Source: Piromyces finnis finn
Taxonomy: Eukaryota > Fungi > Neocallimastigomycota
Direction of reading: 5' to 3'
DNA length: 64,000 nucleotides
NCBI GenBank assembly: GCA_002104945.1
Contig: MCFH01000008.1
Span: forward strand, 1,172,216-1,236,215
Shown: piece after piece, positions 32,620 through 45,577 of the stretch
Layout: every line of letters starts with the position of its first letter
How positions within the stretch are numbered: position 1 is the first letter of the stretch
Notes under the pieces: model-generated
What the model was told of the DNA's origin: nothing
Seen by the model: the letters and a program-made list of their open reading frames with translations, nothing else
Database searches by the model: none
Made by a program: the position numbers and the translations under genes

Positions 32620-33172
32620 TTTTTTTTTTTTTTTTTAACTTCCGAGTGCATTTCTCCCATCGATCAGAGTTAGCTCCAATGGTGGTTCTTAGAGAAACGT
32701 TGGCTCATTCCTATTGCTAGGTGGTTGTGACCCTCCTGGTCTGTCATACTGTTTCTTCAGCTTCGACGCTCACTTAATCCATGTACATTAGATGCATGTC
32801 GTTGTACGATATTTCACAACTACAATGCTAAGCCTCTTATAGTCAATTTGATCACGTGTCAACCGCCCCCTAATGTTTACACTTAAATTGATTAAGGAAT
32901 ATTATGTGTTTTTGGCATAGCCTAAGTCACCACTTATTAAGTTCTAATTTGGAATGTACCATGTACACTAGACCCTCTCAGGCCGGCTAGACGAGTGTTA
33001 TTATCATAGTAGTAAATTAGAAAGTTCATTTATACTTACCTGAATATCATAACCCAACCCATGGCAAACCCAGTGGGAAAATCCACAGGCACTGACATCT
33101 GCGGGGTCGAACCAGAAGCCTTATGTATGCTAAGGAAACGCCTTAACAACCAGGATAAAAACTGGAACGACC
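32620..33172 (-). mobile_element. tRNA-Ala(AGC)-derived SINE with LINE-related 3' segment, poly(A) tail and 12-bp TSD
   Basis: GC-rich island. Minus-strand head 33172-33093 has CCTTAGCAT and B-box GGTTCGACCCC. 32729-32771 matches LINE 52782-52824 at 38/43 nt. Poly(A) at about 32620-32636. AAATATTAATAT is duplicated at 32608-32619 and 33173-33184. Confidence 0.85.
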
Positions 33173-33255
33173 AAATATTAATATGATCTTTCAACACAGC
33201 TCATTTAATATACAAATTAATAAACAATTAATAAATTAATTAATTAATAGCAAAG

Positions 33256-33454
<199 letters not shown>

Positions 33455-33894
33455 ATAAATTTAAGACTTTAAAATTATAAATCAATACACGTATACGATA
33501 TAAAATATTATTGGTTTATCAATTACATCAACAAATTAATGTAAAATAAGTATTTTAATTTTTTTTTATTATTAAAACAGGCTTATTAACAAAAAGAATT
33601 AAAATATTTAAAAGATGATATAGAAATGGAAACATAAAATAGAAAAATCCTTTTATAAAAAGATTGGTTATTAAAAGGAAAAAAAAAAAAAAACGATTAA
33701 AATATGGTCAAGCACTTTTATTTTGTGTCCTGTATTTTTTAATAACAAAAGAAATAATGGAAATATTATTTAATATGAAATAGAAATAATTAGAAAAATT
33801 TTAATTTATTTCTGTTAATTTATTCTAGAAAATTACCTTTTCAAATTTGATGGAAAAAAATTATAAACTTTAATTCATAGTAAAATTTAGAGGA

Positions 33895-33919
33895 AGAATA
33901 ATCGAGAAATTACTAGGAC
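33895..33919 (+). promoter_or_regulatory. Heat-shock element, 5 in-phase imperfect nGAAn/nTTCn units; a second HSE at 33822-33836
   Basis: aGAAtaATCgaGAAatTACtaGGAc with all G/C contact positions kept, plus aTTCtaGAAaaTTAc. Both lie 400-490 bp upstream of hsp70. Confidence 0.65.
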
Positions 33920-34311
33920 AAAGTTTATTGTCAATCCATTAATAATCAATTAAAAATTTATTACAAATATATTATGAATGCATTATAATATATATTAATA
34001 TTATATAAAAAATTTTAATTTTCATTTCATAAAAATTCATATAAATATTCATTATTTTTTTTTAAAAAAATTTTTTTCATCATTATCAAATAGTAATTGT
34101 TTTTTTATTAATAAATTTATAAATAGTATAATACCACAAAAATTTAAATACTATTTACATATAGAAAACAAAATAAAACAGAGAAAATTACTTAGCAATT
34201 ATAAAAACATATTAATACAATAATAACAATAAAATTTTTAACAACAAAAAAAAATTAATTATTTTTGAAAAAATAAATATATATCTATAGAAAAAAGAAT
34301 AAAAATCAAAA

Positions 34312-36267
34312 ATGGTCTCATCTGTTGGTATTGATTTAGGTACTACCTACTCTTGTGTAGGTGTCTGGCAAAACGATCGTGTTGAAATTATTCCAAATGA
34401 TCAAGGTAACCGTACTACTCCATCTTATGTTGCCTTTACTGATTCTGAACGTTTAATTGGTGATGCTGCTAAGAACCAAGCTGCTATGAACCCAACTAAC
34501 ACTGTTTTCGATGCTAAGCGTCTTATTGGTCGTCGTTTCAATGATGCTGAAGTCCAATCTGATATGAAGCACTGGCCTTTCAAGGTTATTGAAAAGTCTA
34601 GCAAGCCATACATTCAAGTTGAATTCAAGGGTGAAACCAAGGAATTCACTGCTGAAGAAGTTTCATCTATGGTTCTTACTAAGATGAAGGATACTGCTGA
34701 AGCTTACTTAGGTGAAAAGGTTGCTAACGCTGTTATTACTGTTCCAGCTTACTTCAACGATTCTCAACGTCAAGCTACTAAGGATGCTGGTCTTATTGCT
34801 GGTCTTAATGTTCTTCGTATCATTAACGAACCAACTGCTGCTGCCATTGCCTACGGTCTTGACAAGAAGACTGAAGGTGAAAAGAACGTTTTAATTTTCG
34901 ATCTTGGTGGTGGTACATTCGATGTTTCCCTTCTTACTATTGAAGATGGTATTTTCGAAGTTAAGGCTACTGCTGGAGATACTCACTTAGGTGGTGAAGA
35001 TTTCGATAACCGTCTTGTTCAACACTTCTCTCAAGAATTCAAGAGAAAGTACAAGAAGGACATTTCTTCTAACCCAAGATCCTTACGTCGTTTAAGAACT
35101 GCTTGTGAACGTGCCAAGCGTACTCTTTCTTCTTCTACTCAAACCTCTATTGAAATTGATTCCCTTTACGAAGGTATTGATTTCTACACTTCTATTACTC
35201 GTGCTCGTTTCGAAGAAATTAATTCTGATTTATTCAGAAAGGTTATTGACCCAGTAGAAAAGGTTATTAACGATGCTAAATTAGACAAATCTTCTATCCA
35301 CGAAATCGTTCTTGTTGGTGGTTCTACTCGTATTCCAAAGGTCCAAAGTTTAGTTTCCCAATACTTCAATGGTAAGGAACCATCCAAGTCCATTAACCCA
35401 GATGAAGCTGTTGCTTACGGTGCTGCTGTTCAAGCTGCTATTCTTTCTGGTGAAACTTCTGAAAAGACTCAAGATTTACTTTTACTTGATGTTACTCCAC
35501 TTTCTCTTGGTATTGAAACCGCTGGTGGTGTCATGACTACTTTAATTAAGCGTAATACTACTATTCCAACTAAGAAGTCTGATATTTTCTCTACTTACTC
35601 CGATAACCAACCAGCTGTCTCTATTCAAGTATTCGAAGGTGAACGTTCTTTAACTAAAGATAACAACTTATTAGGTAAATTCGAATTAACTGGTATTCCA
35701 CCAGCTCCACGTGGTGTTCCACAAATTGAAGTTACCTTCGATATTGATGCCAACGGTATTCTTAACGTTTCTGCTCTTGATAAGACCACTGGTAAGTCTA
35801 ACAAGATTACCATTACTAACGATAAGGGTAGATTATCTAAGGAAGAAATTGAACGTATGGTTAACGATGCTGAAAAGTTTAAGGAAGAAGATGCCAAGGT
35901 TGCTGAAAGAGTTGCTTCTAAGAACAGTCTTGAATCCTACGCTTACCAACTTCGTAACACCATTCAAGATGAAAAGATTGCTGGTATTCTCGATGCTGCT
36001 GATAAGGAAAAGTTAAACAAGGCTATTGATGATGCTATTGAATGGTTAGACCACAACCAAGAAGCTACTAAGGAAGAATATGAAAGTCGCAGAAAGGAAT
36101 TAGAAGGTGTTGCCAACCCAATCATGACTAAGATGTACCAACAAGCTGGTGCTGGTGCTGGTGCTGCTCCAGGCGGTTTCCCAGGTGCTGCTCCAGGAGG
36201 ATTCCCAGGTGGTGCTGCTCCAAATGCTGGTTCCAACAATGGTCCAACTGTTGAAGAAGTTGATTAA
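34312..36267 (+). CDS. HSP70: Cytosolic Hsp70 (SSA type)
   Basis: [22 protein letters not shown] and [10 protein letters not shown] signatures, GGF/GAAP repeats and C-terminal GPTVEEVD. Intronless, with strong high-expression codon bias. Confidence 0.99.
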   Translation: MVSSVGIDLGTTYSCVGVWQNDRVEIIPNDQGNRTTPSYVAFTDSERLIGDAAKNQAAMNPTNTVFDAKRLIGRRFNDAEVQSDMKHWPFKVIEKSSKPYIQVEFKGETKEFTAEEVSSMVLTKMKDTAEAYLGEKVANAVITVPAYFNDSQRQATKDAGLIAGLNVLRIINEPTAAAIAYGLDKKTEGEKNVLIFDLGGGTFDVSLLTIEDGIFEVKATAGDTHLGGEDFDNRLVQHFSQEFKRKYKKDISSNPRSLRRLRTACERAKRTLSSSTQTSIEIDSLYEGIDFYTSITRARFEEINSDLFRKVIDPVEKVINDAKLDKSSIHEIVLVGGSTRIPKVQSLVSQYFNGKEPSKSINPDEAVAYGAAVQAAILSGETSEKTQDLLLLDVTPLSLGIETAGGVMTTLIKRNTTIPTKKSDIFSTYSDNQPAVSIQVFEGERSLTKDNNLLGKFELTGIPPAPRGVPQIEVTFDIDANGILNVSALDKTTGKSNKITITNDKGRLSKEEIERMVNDAEKFKEEDAKVAERVASKNSLESYAYQLRNTIQDEKIAGILDAADKEKLNKAIDDAIEWLDHNQEATKEEYESRRKELEGVANPIMTKMYQQAGAGAGAAPGGFPGAAPGGFPGGAAPNAGSNNGPTVEEVD

Positions 36268-36562
36268 ATTAAGTGAATTCAATAGAATCATTAAAATTAT
36301 ATTAATATAACAAATAAATATATTAACTTGTAAATAATTATAACAATCATCATTAGAAAAAAGAGAATATTCTATTATTTAACATCATTCATAATTAATT
36401 TATTTTAAAATACCTATCTATTTCTTATTAAATTAAACAAGCATACATATAAAATAAAATAAATAAAAAAAAAAAAATATTTTTTAAAAAAAATTATAAA
36501 GTAAATGTTATGATTAAGAATTTTGTGTGTTTATTATTTTTTTAAAAGTATGAGTTTTTTCA

Positions 36563-36594
<32 letters not shown>

Positions 36595-36744
36595 AAAAGT
36601 AAAAAAGTTTGTGACGATTATTTAAGTATACATGAGTATTATTATTTTTAAATCTATTTTGAAGTAAATAAATAAATTATTTTTGTTGGTTATTTTTGAA
36701 GGCAATAAGCTAATTTTGATACTGTCAACAGTCAACAAGGATTT

Positions 36745-36834
36745 ATGTTCAAAAGGTTGAAAGCAATAACCAAGAGCGTCAATGATAAAGAAGCAGTTAG
36801 GCAGATAAGTAGAGCAAGTACACATAATTTTTAA
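36745..36834 (+). mobile_element. Fragment of a diverged sister LINE family (ORF C-terminus)
   Basis: Encodes MFKRLKAITKSVNDKEAVRQISRASTHNF*, compared with MFKRFEATSKSVNAEETVRQARRASATNGDHNFVP* in the full-length LINE. Confidence 0.7.
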
Positions 36835-36891
36835 ATTTTTATTTTTTAAATACATATGTACTAATAATTTTAATTAAAATAATAAAGGCTT

Positions 36892-37416
36892 TATTTAAAT
36901 TCCTTCTTGGGGGAAGAAGTTTTAACAATATTAATTACAATTCAAGGGAATGGAAAGAACTTTGTAAGCGTCAGATTCAATCTGGTACTAATGAAGGAAC
37001 ACCATTCTTGACGGTAACTGCGGAACTTCTAACCAAAATCATGCCTTTTGCTATTGGCCAGCAATGGTCAATGTTCAAAAGGTTTGAAGCAACATCCAAG
37101 AGCGTCAATGCTGAAGAAACAGTAAGACAGGCCAGGAGGGCCAGCGCAACCAATGGAGATCATAATTTTGTTCCATGACAAAATTTTAATCTTTGGCTCG
37201 GTGTCCCATTGGAAGTCAAATACAATTATTATACTTTAGTATGATAGTGGCTTTCTTACTTTAATTAAAATTACTAGAATACATTATACCCAATTTTTAT
37301 TCATTTGTGTTTATATAAACATATTTTTTTTTATTTTTATTTTTATTTTTAATTTTTTTATTACATGTATTATAATTTTAATTAAATTAATAATAAAGTT
37401 TAAAATATTTGATGCC

Positions 37417-37454
<38 letters not shown>
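36892..37454 (+). mobile_element. 5'-truncated copy of the LINE (3' ~530 nt plus A35)
   Basis: Nearly identical to the reverse complement of about 52508-53032. Ends GATGCCGTT followed by poly(A) 37420-37454. Confidence 0.95.
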
Positions 37455-37456
<2 letters not shown>

Positions 37457-38300
37457 CTGATTGACTGTTATTGAGAGTGTCGATGACGAAAGGATAAGAT
37501 AAAGAAAAAAAATCCTGGTACAGAATCGAATAATAATGATAGTAATCCATAAGGAATTATCATTGAGGAACTGGAAAGAATTAAAAAAAAAAAAAAAAAT
37601 TTTTTTCTTCTTCTTTACTCATTAAGTTAAAGATTTTATTATATTGTGTTATTGGTTATTGAATATTCATATTTAATTATAATTATCTAGTCCTACTATT
37701 TATTTATTTAGTTCATATCTATATCCATATTTATAAAGCATATATTTATTAATTAAATATATATATTATATCATTAATAATATAAAAATATAAAATAAAA
37801 AGAAAATAAAGAATATTGTAAATAATAAAAAAAAACAAATTTTTATAACTTTACAAAAAAGATTAAATATTGAGATACTTTCTAAGCATAATTTTTTATT
37901 GACTATTGTAGTATACATTTCCATTTATTAGGATAATCCTAATGTTTTTTTTTATTTTTAATTATGTTGAATATAATTATTCATAAAAATGTTCAAGTTT
38001 TTTTGTTTTTAAAATAAAAAATATAACTTTACAAATAGAAAAATTTATTATAAACTATTAAAATTTTTCCAAAATATTTGTGAAACAATAATAATAGGTG
38101 TAAAAATAATGAAACCAAATTTTTTTTTTAAAATATATATATACTTTTTTCTTTATTGTAATACTCTATTAAAATTGAATTAGTTTTAATAATAAGTAAT
38201 TCAATTGAATATAGGAATAATAAATAATAATATTAACCTAAATCAACTTTCCTTGAAAAATACACCGGTATATATTAAAGAAAAAAAAATAAAAATAAAA

Positions 38301-40096
38301 ATGGAATTAAAAGAGAATAAAAAGGAAGATATTAATGATAATGAAGAAATTGCCAAAGAAAAACAACCAACTCTTTCAGAAACTATTGCTGTCTGTATAT
38401 GGGCGGCTAATATGTTTGTTGGTATGGGACTTTTTGCAGTTTTAATGTGTTTCAAATACACCAGAATATTAATGATTATTTATTATATTTGGATTATTTA
38501 TGATAACATGGTGAACAAAACTCCAATTTATGGTAGAAAAAGTGAATTTGTTAGAAACATGAAATTATGGAAGCTTGTTAGAGATTGTAATTGATAGAAC
38601 GATAATAACAACACAACAATTATATATTTATTGAATTTATGTAAATATCTAAAATGTTAATACATATTTATAATATTTTATTGAATAGATTTCCCAATTA
38701 GATTACATAAATCAGCCAATTTAGATGGAAACAAACAATATTTATTTGGTAAATAATAAAAATCTTTATTTCTAAACAATTTATTATTTAACAAGAAAAT
38801 GAAAATGAATAATATTAAACTTTAAGGAAATTGAAGAAAATTTTAAATAATTAAAAATAAATTATTTTTTATTATTTACTAATTAGGTTTCCATCCTCAT
38901 GGTATTGTTAGTATTTCTGCAAATATTACTTTTGCTGCTAATGCTCTTTCAATTAGTAACACTTTCCCAGGTGTTAACATTAGACTTGCCACTATCCCAA
39001 TTAATTTTTGGTATTTTTTTTTTTTATTTCTTTTTATATAAGATATTGATAATTATAAGGCGGAAATATTAAGTATAAAATTTTTTTTTTAAAAAAAAAT
39101 TAAATTAGGGTACCATTTTGGAGAGATTATATTTTATTAATTGGTTATTGTGACTGTGATAGAAAAGCCATTACTAGTATTTACAAAAAAACAAAGCATT
39201 CTGTAAATATCACTAATGATACATCTTTATTCCTATATATAAAAAAAATATGGATTATTTATTGAAATATAAAATATTGATTTAAATTATTGTTTTTATT
39301 TTATTTATAATTATATTATTATGTAATTCATAATTTAATAGACTATGATTGTTATTGGTGGTGCTAATGAATGTAAGTTTTTTATAAGCAATTCCCCCTC
39401 TTTTTAATATATAGTCTTGTCATTTAAATAAGTAATATTCTAATTTACCTGTTTTCATGTATGAAATAAAAAAAAAAATAAATAGCAAACTATTCAAATC
39501 CAGGTGTATACAAAATTATCCTAAAAAGAAGAAAAGGTTTTGTTAAAATTGCTTTAAAGAATGGGTAAGAAGAAATTATCGAATAGAAAAATTAATTAAC
39601 TTTAAAAAGTTTATATATTTTATAAATAATTTTCTTTTATATATTATTAAATTCAATCTATATTAATTTTCTTTTCTTTCTTTCTTTTTTTTATTTTTAT
39701 ATATATTTCAAATAATCACATACTTTTCTTGTTAATAAATTAATAATTAATAAATTTATTAAATATAGTATTTCTTTAGTTCCAGTTTTAAACTTTGGTG
39801 AAGTTGATATCTTTGATCAACATAAAGGTTTTGATACCTTAAATAAATATCTTAAGAGTTATTTAGGTTTTCGTCTTCCAACCTTTTATGGTCGTTTGAA
39901 GCTTTGGATTCCATATTCTAAACCAATTAATATTGTTACTGGTATTCCAATTGATTGTCCAAAAATTGAAAATCCAACAAATGAAGAAGTTCAAAAATAT
40001 TTAGATTTATATATTGCTGAATTACAAAGAATATGGGATAATAACAAAGACTTATATGCTAAGAATAGAAAGACTGAACTTGAATTAGTCGAATAA
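38301..40096 (+). CDS. DGA1: Diacylglycerol/monoacylglycerol acyltransferase, DGAT2 family; about 7 exons
   Basis: Spliced motifs RDYFP, LFGFHPHG, IVIGGANES, KRKGFVKIALKNG, SLVPVLNFGE and PYSKPINIVTGIPI. Confidence 0.93.
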
Positions 40097-43000
40097 ATTT
40101 AAATAAATATTAAATTTAATATTCATTTAGCATAATAGATGAAAACAAAACAAAACAAAAAAAAAAAAAAAAAAAAAAAAATAAGCAAAATAATTTATTA
40201 TTTTATTTTATAATGGTTTTATAATTCTCATTTTTTGTTCAAATAATAGAAAATAAAAATAAAAAAGTCTTATCATTTAAATCTATCATAATATTTTTTA
40301 TAATTAAAATTTATTAATATAAAAAGAAGATTTTTATAACTTTTATTATTAAAATTAAATAATTCTTGCAGTTAAAATGTGAACTATCTCTTTTTTTTTT
40401 TAATAAAAATTAAATAAAAATTTAAAGTTAATTATTTTAATTCATTCATTATAATTTTATTTTATCCTTGGTTTAGAAAAAAAAATAAACTTTTTTAAAA
40501 ATCTATTTTTTAATCAATATATATATTAACATTTTGCAGTATTTTATGTTTTTTTTTTTATATTATATAAAATTTTAAAAATCGATATTGGTTTAACACC
40601 TATCCGAAATATTGTCTATCGTACTTTTTACATTAATATAAGCTTTAGTAATTTTTTAAGTATTATTATTATTATTATTATTTTTGAATTTAATAATTAA
40701 AATTAGAATTGAAATAATATAGTTTTAAAATGAAATTAAACTATATAAATTATGACTTTGACTACTTTTATTTAGTTATTAAAAAAAAAAAGGTATATAA
40801 AGAATATAATATCTATTATTTTATTAATAGATTGTTAATGGATATTACTCCTACTACCATGTATCATTTTTTCAAAATCACAATAAAAAACTTTTAAGTA
40901 TTTATTGCTTCATAATTGAAAAATAAACAATCTTAATAGTATGCAAATCATTTAAATATACATTCATATTATAAAAAAAAAAAGTTATTTGATGCTTGTA
41001 TTTTTTATATCATTATTATTTTATATTATTTTATATTTAAAATACAAAGTATATTTTAAACATTAGAAAATATTTGAATTGCAAAGGATTAATATATATA
41101 TACTATATTATTATTATTACTATTATTGTTATTATACATATACCCATGACGATGATGAAATATTTCTTTCTTATTTATTGCCTCAGATTAATATAGCTTT
41201 AAAACATTTGTATTATTTTAGTATATTGGATTATCGTGTTACATGTTACATTTACTTCTTCCTCTATATTTTTCATACAATATAATTAGTAATAAAAATA
41301 TGCCACAAATATCAAGCCTCTCTATACAATTTACAATTAAACTCTTAATTGATCATTGTATACATTTGCAACTATTAGATCTTATCTTTTTACATTATGT
41401 ATATATTGCAAATTAAATGGGCAAGTATTTATTAATTAAATCATTTGTATAATTCAAGTTATTTAATTATAATATAAAAAGAAAACAAATGAGATGGCTT
41501 GATTCAATATAAATTAATATAAATATAAATAATATCAATATATTAAATTTGATATAATATAAAATAATATATGTCATTAAGTTATTAATTTAAAGTTTAA
41601 ATAGAATAATTCATGTTTTAAAAAAAAAGTTTTTTTAAAAACTATCATCAGATTACGTCTACTACCCCTACCCTTATCAACAGTAATAATAGCAGAAATA
41701 TCGATTTATAGCTCTAATTTATGAATGAGAATAAAAAAATAAAAATTCACTAAAACGTTAAATCTAAATATTAAATATTCTATTATCATGTAGGAATAAT
41801 ATATAATAATGTAAAATAATAATTTATTATTAATTTAAATTAATAGAATATTAAATGTCAAATGGAGGGTGGGTGGTTTAAATGAAAATGAAAATTAAAA
41901 TGAAAATTAAAAAAAAAAAAAAATAGGAAAAAAAAAAAAGGTTTTAAAACTATATTTCATAGTATTATTATTATTTAAATATTGTTAAATAGGATTTTTT
42001 GGGTTATAGGATAATAATTGCTTATAATTGAAAATGAAAAAATATTAAAACTATAATAAATAATAAGATTGAAAAATGATCGAATCTATGAATAATAAAA
42101 ATTATATTAAAATAAGTTTACTAAATTTTTCAAATGATTCATTAATATTAATAAATATTAATATAAATCATAATATTAAGTTGTTGGTGTGGTGTGGTGT
42201 GGTGTGTTGTTGTTGATGCTATTGACGTATATTAATTTTTTTTGACTAATTCCAATAAAAATTTTTTTAGCATAAATAATAAATAAGAAAAAAAAAATTT
42301 TTTTTTCTACCCTCCACCTTTTTTTACTTTCTTTTTTTATTCAATAACAAAACTATCTATTATAATAGTTATTACTTTTTTTTTTTTCTTTGGAAAAGTT
42401 ATAGTTTGTACATAAAAATATATAAACTATAATAATTTACAATAAAAAAAAAGTTTTTAAATATTATCCACCAAATATAATTCAATTATTGAAATTAAGC
42501 AAATAATACAATAAACTACAGAATCACTGATAGCAATATTTCAAATTTAATAATTAATACAATATTCTTGGAAAAAAACCAATATTGTTCTATTAATATA
42601 CTGAACCTACTTTAAATTTATAAATATAATAAATAGTTTCTATATATATATCAATATACAGAAGAATATTTAAAATAGATTAGTTAATTTAATACAATTA
42701 AATTTTTAAAAAAGAATAGTTTTAAAATTTTTCATTTTTTTATTTTATTTTTATTTTATTTTTATTTTTTGGTTAGTAAAGAAATAATTTATAGAAAATA
42801 ATAATAAACCTTTGCTTATTATTATTATTATTACATATTATTTCTTTTCTTAAATATTTTTTTGAGTTCAGCAAAAAAGATTTCTTTTAATATCCATAAT
42901 TATAGTATGTTTATATATAAATCCTTTAATCATTTAATATATCAAAAAAACAATTCAGTATCATTTAAAACGTAAAAAATTAAAAAAAAATTATAAAATT

Positions 43001-43360
43001 TAAAAAAATTCTGAAAAAAAAACAATAAAAGTAGAAAGTGTATAACGGTTATAAAGATTTATAAAGGTAAATTGTTTTATCGATAATAATAATAATTTTA
43101 TAATAATTGAATACCATTATATAAATAAAATAGATTTTTTTTTTTTTTTACTAATTTTATAATTTTTATTTATTTTTTTTACTAATTTTATAATTTTTAC
43201 TTATTTTTTTATGTATTTAATAATAGCAATTTATTTGTAATTTCAAATCATCACTAAAATTACAATTGATTTAAACAGGAAAAAAATAAAAGAGAGAATA
43301 AACTATTTTTTAAAAAAAAATCACAAATATTTTTTTTTTTCATTTAATAAAATACAAGAA

Positions 43361-43873
43361 ATGACGAGTACTTGGACTTCTCCGATATCTTTAAAGAAAC
43401 AACGAAAGGATACATATTTTTCTTCATATCTTGCTAGAAAGAAGAGATCCTACGAAGAAGAAACTTTTGAAATTTTGACAGATAACTATCGCAAAAACAA
43501 GCGTTTTATTACAGAAATCATGGTAGAACAATTTTCACTTTTAGCTGTTTCTAAAAATGACAAAATTACAAGATCCAAACATCTATTTCAAGAAACTACG
43601 AACAAAATAAATTATGGCGAACATCGTTTTAGAAGAAAGTTACCTAAAATTAAAACTTTTCATACTGTATTAAATTCACCACTTTCACAACCTCCAATCA
43701 TTATTTCATTTAGTAAGGGTGATAATCAAGATAATTCAGACCTTATGCTTTCCCCATTAGAAGGAAATACCAAAACAACAATTAATCATCAAGTTGAAGA
43801 TGATGATTCTATGTCAGATGTTCCTTTAACGCCAACTCAAACACTTGAAACATCTATGGAAGAATGCATATAA
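43361..43873 (+). CDS. Hypothetical 170-aa protein, basic N-half with SP/TP-rich acidic tail
   Basis: Intronless ORF with coding-like GC content in AT-rich surroundings, and an A-rich context before the ATG. No family recognised. Confidence 0.7.
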   Translation: MTSTWTSPISLKKQRKDTYFSSYLARKKRSYEEETFEILTDNYRKNKRFITEIMVEQFSLLAVSKNDKITRSKHLFQETTNKINYGEHRFRRKLPKIKTFHTVLNSPLSQPPIIISFSKGDNQDNSDLMLSPLEGNTKTTINHQVEDDDSMSDVPLTPTQTLETSMEECI

Positions 43874-45577
43874 ATGAAAACAACAAACTAATTAAAACAA
43901 ATTAATTCATATGTGTCCCTTTTTTTTTTTTTCTTTTTCTTTTTTTTTTTTTTATTATTAATGAAAATTTAATGACTATCCTATTTGTTTAATATTATCT
44001 TTTATTTTCATACGACTTTATCAAAAATATATTAAATGTAAAATATGTATAAAATAAATAATAAACACCAAAAATCCTATATATTGTATAATGTGGTAAT
44101 GTGTTTTTAATAGATAATGAAGCTCTATATTTTATTTTATTTTATTTTTTGTACTCAAGTACAATATCTTAACAGCATTATTTCTTCTTTACATATAAAT
44201 AATTTTTTTTTTTTTTTTTTTTTTTTTTTATTAAAAATGGTCAAGATTACTTATTTTTTGATACTTTGAAAAATAAGTATCAAACAAAAAAAAACATCTA
44301 AATCCTTTCAAGAAATAAAGAATATGAAATGAACTTTGCAACAATTAAGATAATCATTAATCAATAGACGTAGTAACAACAAATGTGTTTTAATAATCTA
44401 TTAAACAACGAACTGATGAGATTGATTACTTAATAAAATGATGAAAAGAAGTCTACTTGAAGCCAATTTGACAATTTAAAAAAATATAATTTTTTTTTAA
44501 AAATTATATATTTTATTAATATTAAGCTATTAATATTTATATATATATATATTTTCCTACACATTTTAATAAAATAGGTGTTTTTACTTTTTTTTTTTTT
44601 TTTTTAGTAAAAATTATATATTTTTATTTAATAAAATTATAAAAGTATTACAAGCTTAAATAAAATATTTATATAATTTACAATAATATAAATAATATAG
44701 CCTTTTTTTTTTTTTTTTGTTTTGTTTTTTCATTAATTTATATAATATTTAGATATGCTAAATTATTATCATTTTTAAATTATGAATTAATATTAATATT
44801 ATTTATAACTATTGTTGTTAATTGAAAACAACTGCTCTTCATAACAATTTTTATTATCAATATTTTTTTTTCTTGCTTATGATATTGATAATATGTATTT
44901 ATATTTTATTTTTTAATTTTTTTTTTTTATTAATTTCATTTAAATATTTGATTTGATTTATATCTTATTAAAAAGATTACTTTTTTTTTTTTTTTTTTTT
45001 TTTTTCATATTTTATTTTATTTTTTACTTTTAATTTATTCATTTAAATTATATTTTTAGTTGTTTGATTGTTATGTTATTGTTTTTGTTTTATCCTTTTT
45101 TTTTATTATCATTTTATTTATGTATTTTTCGCTATTATTATTTTTAATTATTTTATTACTTTTTTTTTTTTTTTCCTTTTTTCCTTTTTTTTTTTTTTTA
45201 TTATGAATTGAAATATTGTTATTATTTTTAATGATTTCTTTTCTTTTCTTTTTTTTTTTTTTTTAGAGAAAATCAAAATTTTATGTATTATCATAATTGA
45301 TAATATTGTAATCCATTTGTAAATTATAATATTAGGTTTTATATATATATATAAATAATATTTGTTAAAATGTATGATAATGATATAAACAGTTATATAA
45401 TGAAAAGAAAATAAATGGTAATTGTAAGATAAATAATTAACAACAATAATATTGTTTATAGGTTAATTATTGATAATTTCTTTTCTTTTCTTTTTTTTTT
45501 TTTTATCAATTATTATTATTTTTGGATTTATATAATCTTCACATAAATTTTATATACCTTCTTTTTTTTTTTTTATT

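Noticed and set aside
33032-33172. U1 snRNA gene (plus strand begins ATACTTACCTG)
   Set aside because: No U1-70K loop (GATCAC), U1A loop (ATTGCAC) or Sm site follows. The segment is better explained as a 5' splice site on the SINE's minus strand.
33093-33172. Functional tRNA-Ala gene
   Set aside because: The anticodon stem does not pair (TTTCC/ACATA), the D-arm is aberrant, and it is embedded in a TSD-flanked, poly(A)-tailed element.
44410-44460. Hammerhead ribozyme or C/D snoRNA (CTGATGA ... GAAA; ATGATGA)
   Set aside because: Stems I-III could not be formed around the core, and there is no box D CTGA or terminal stem.
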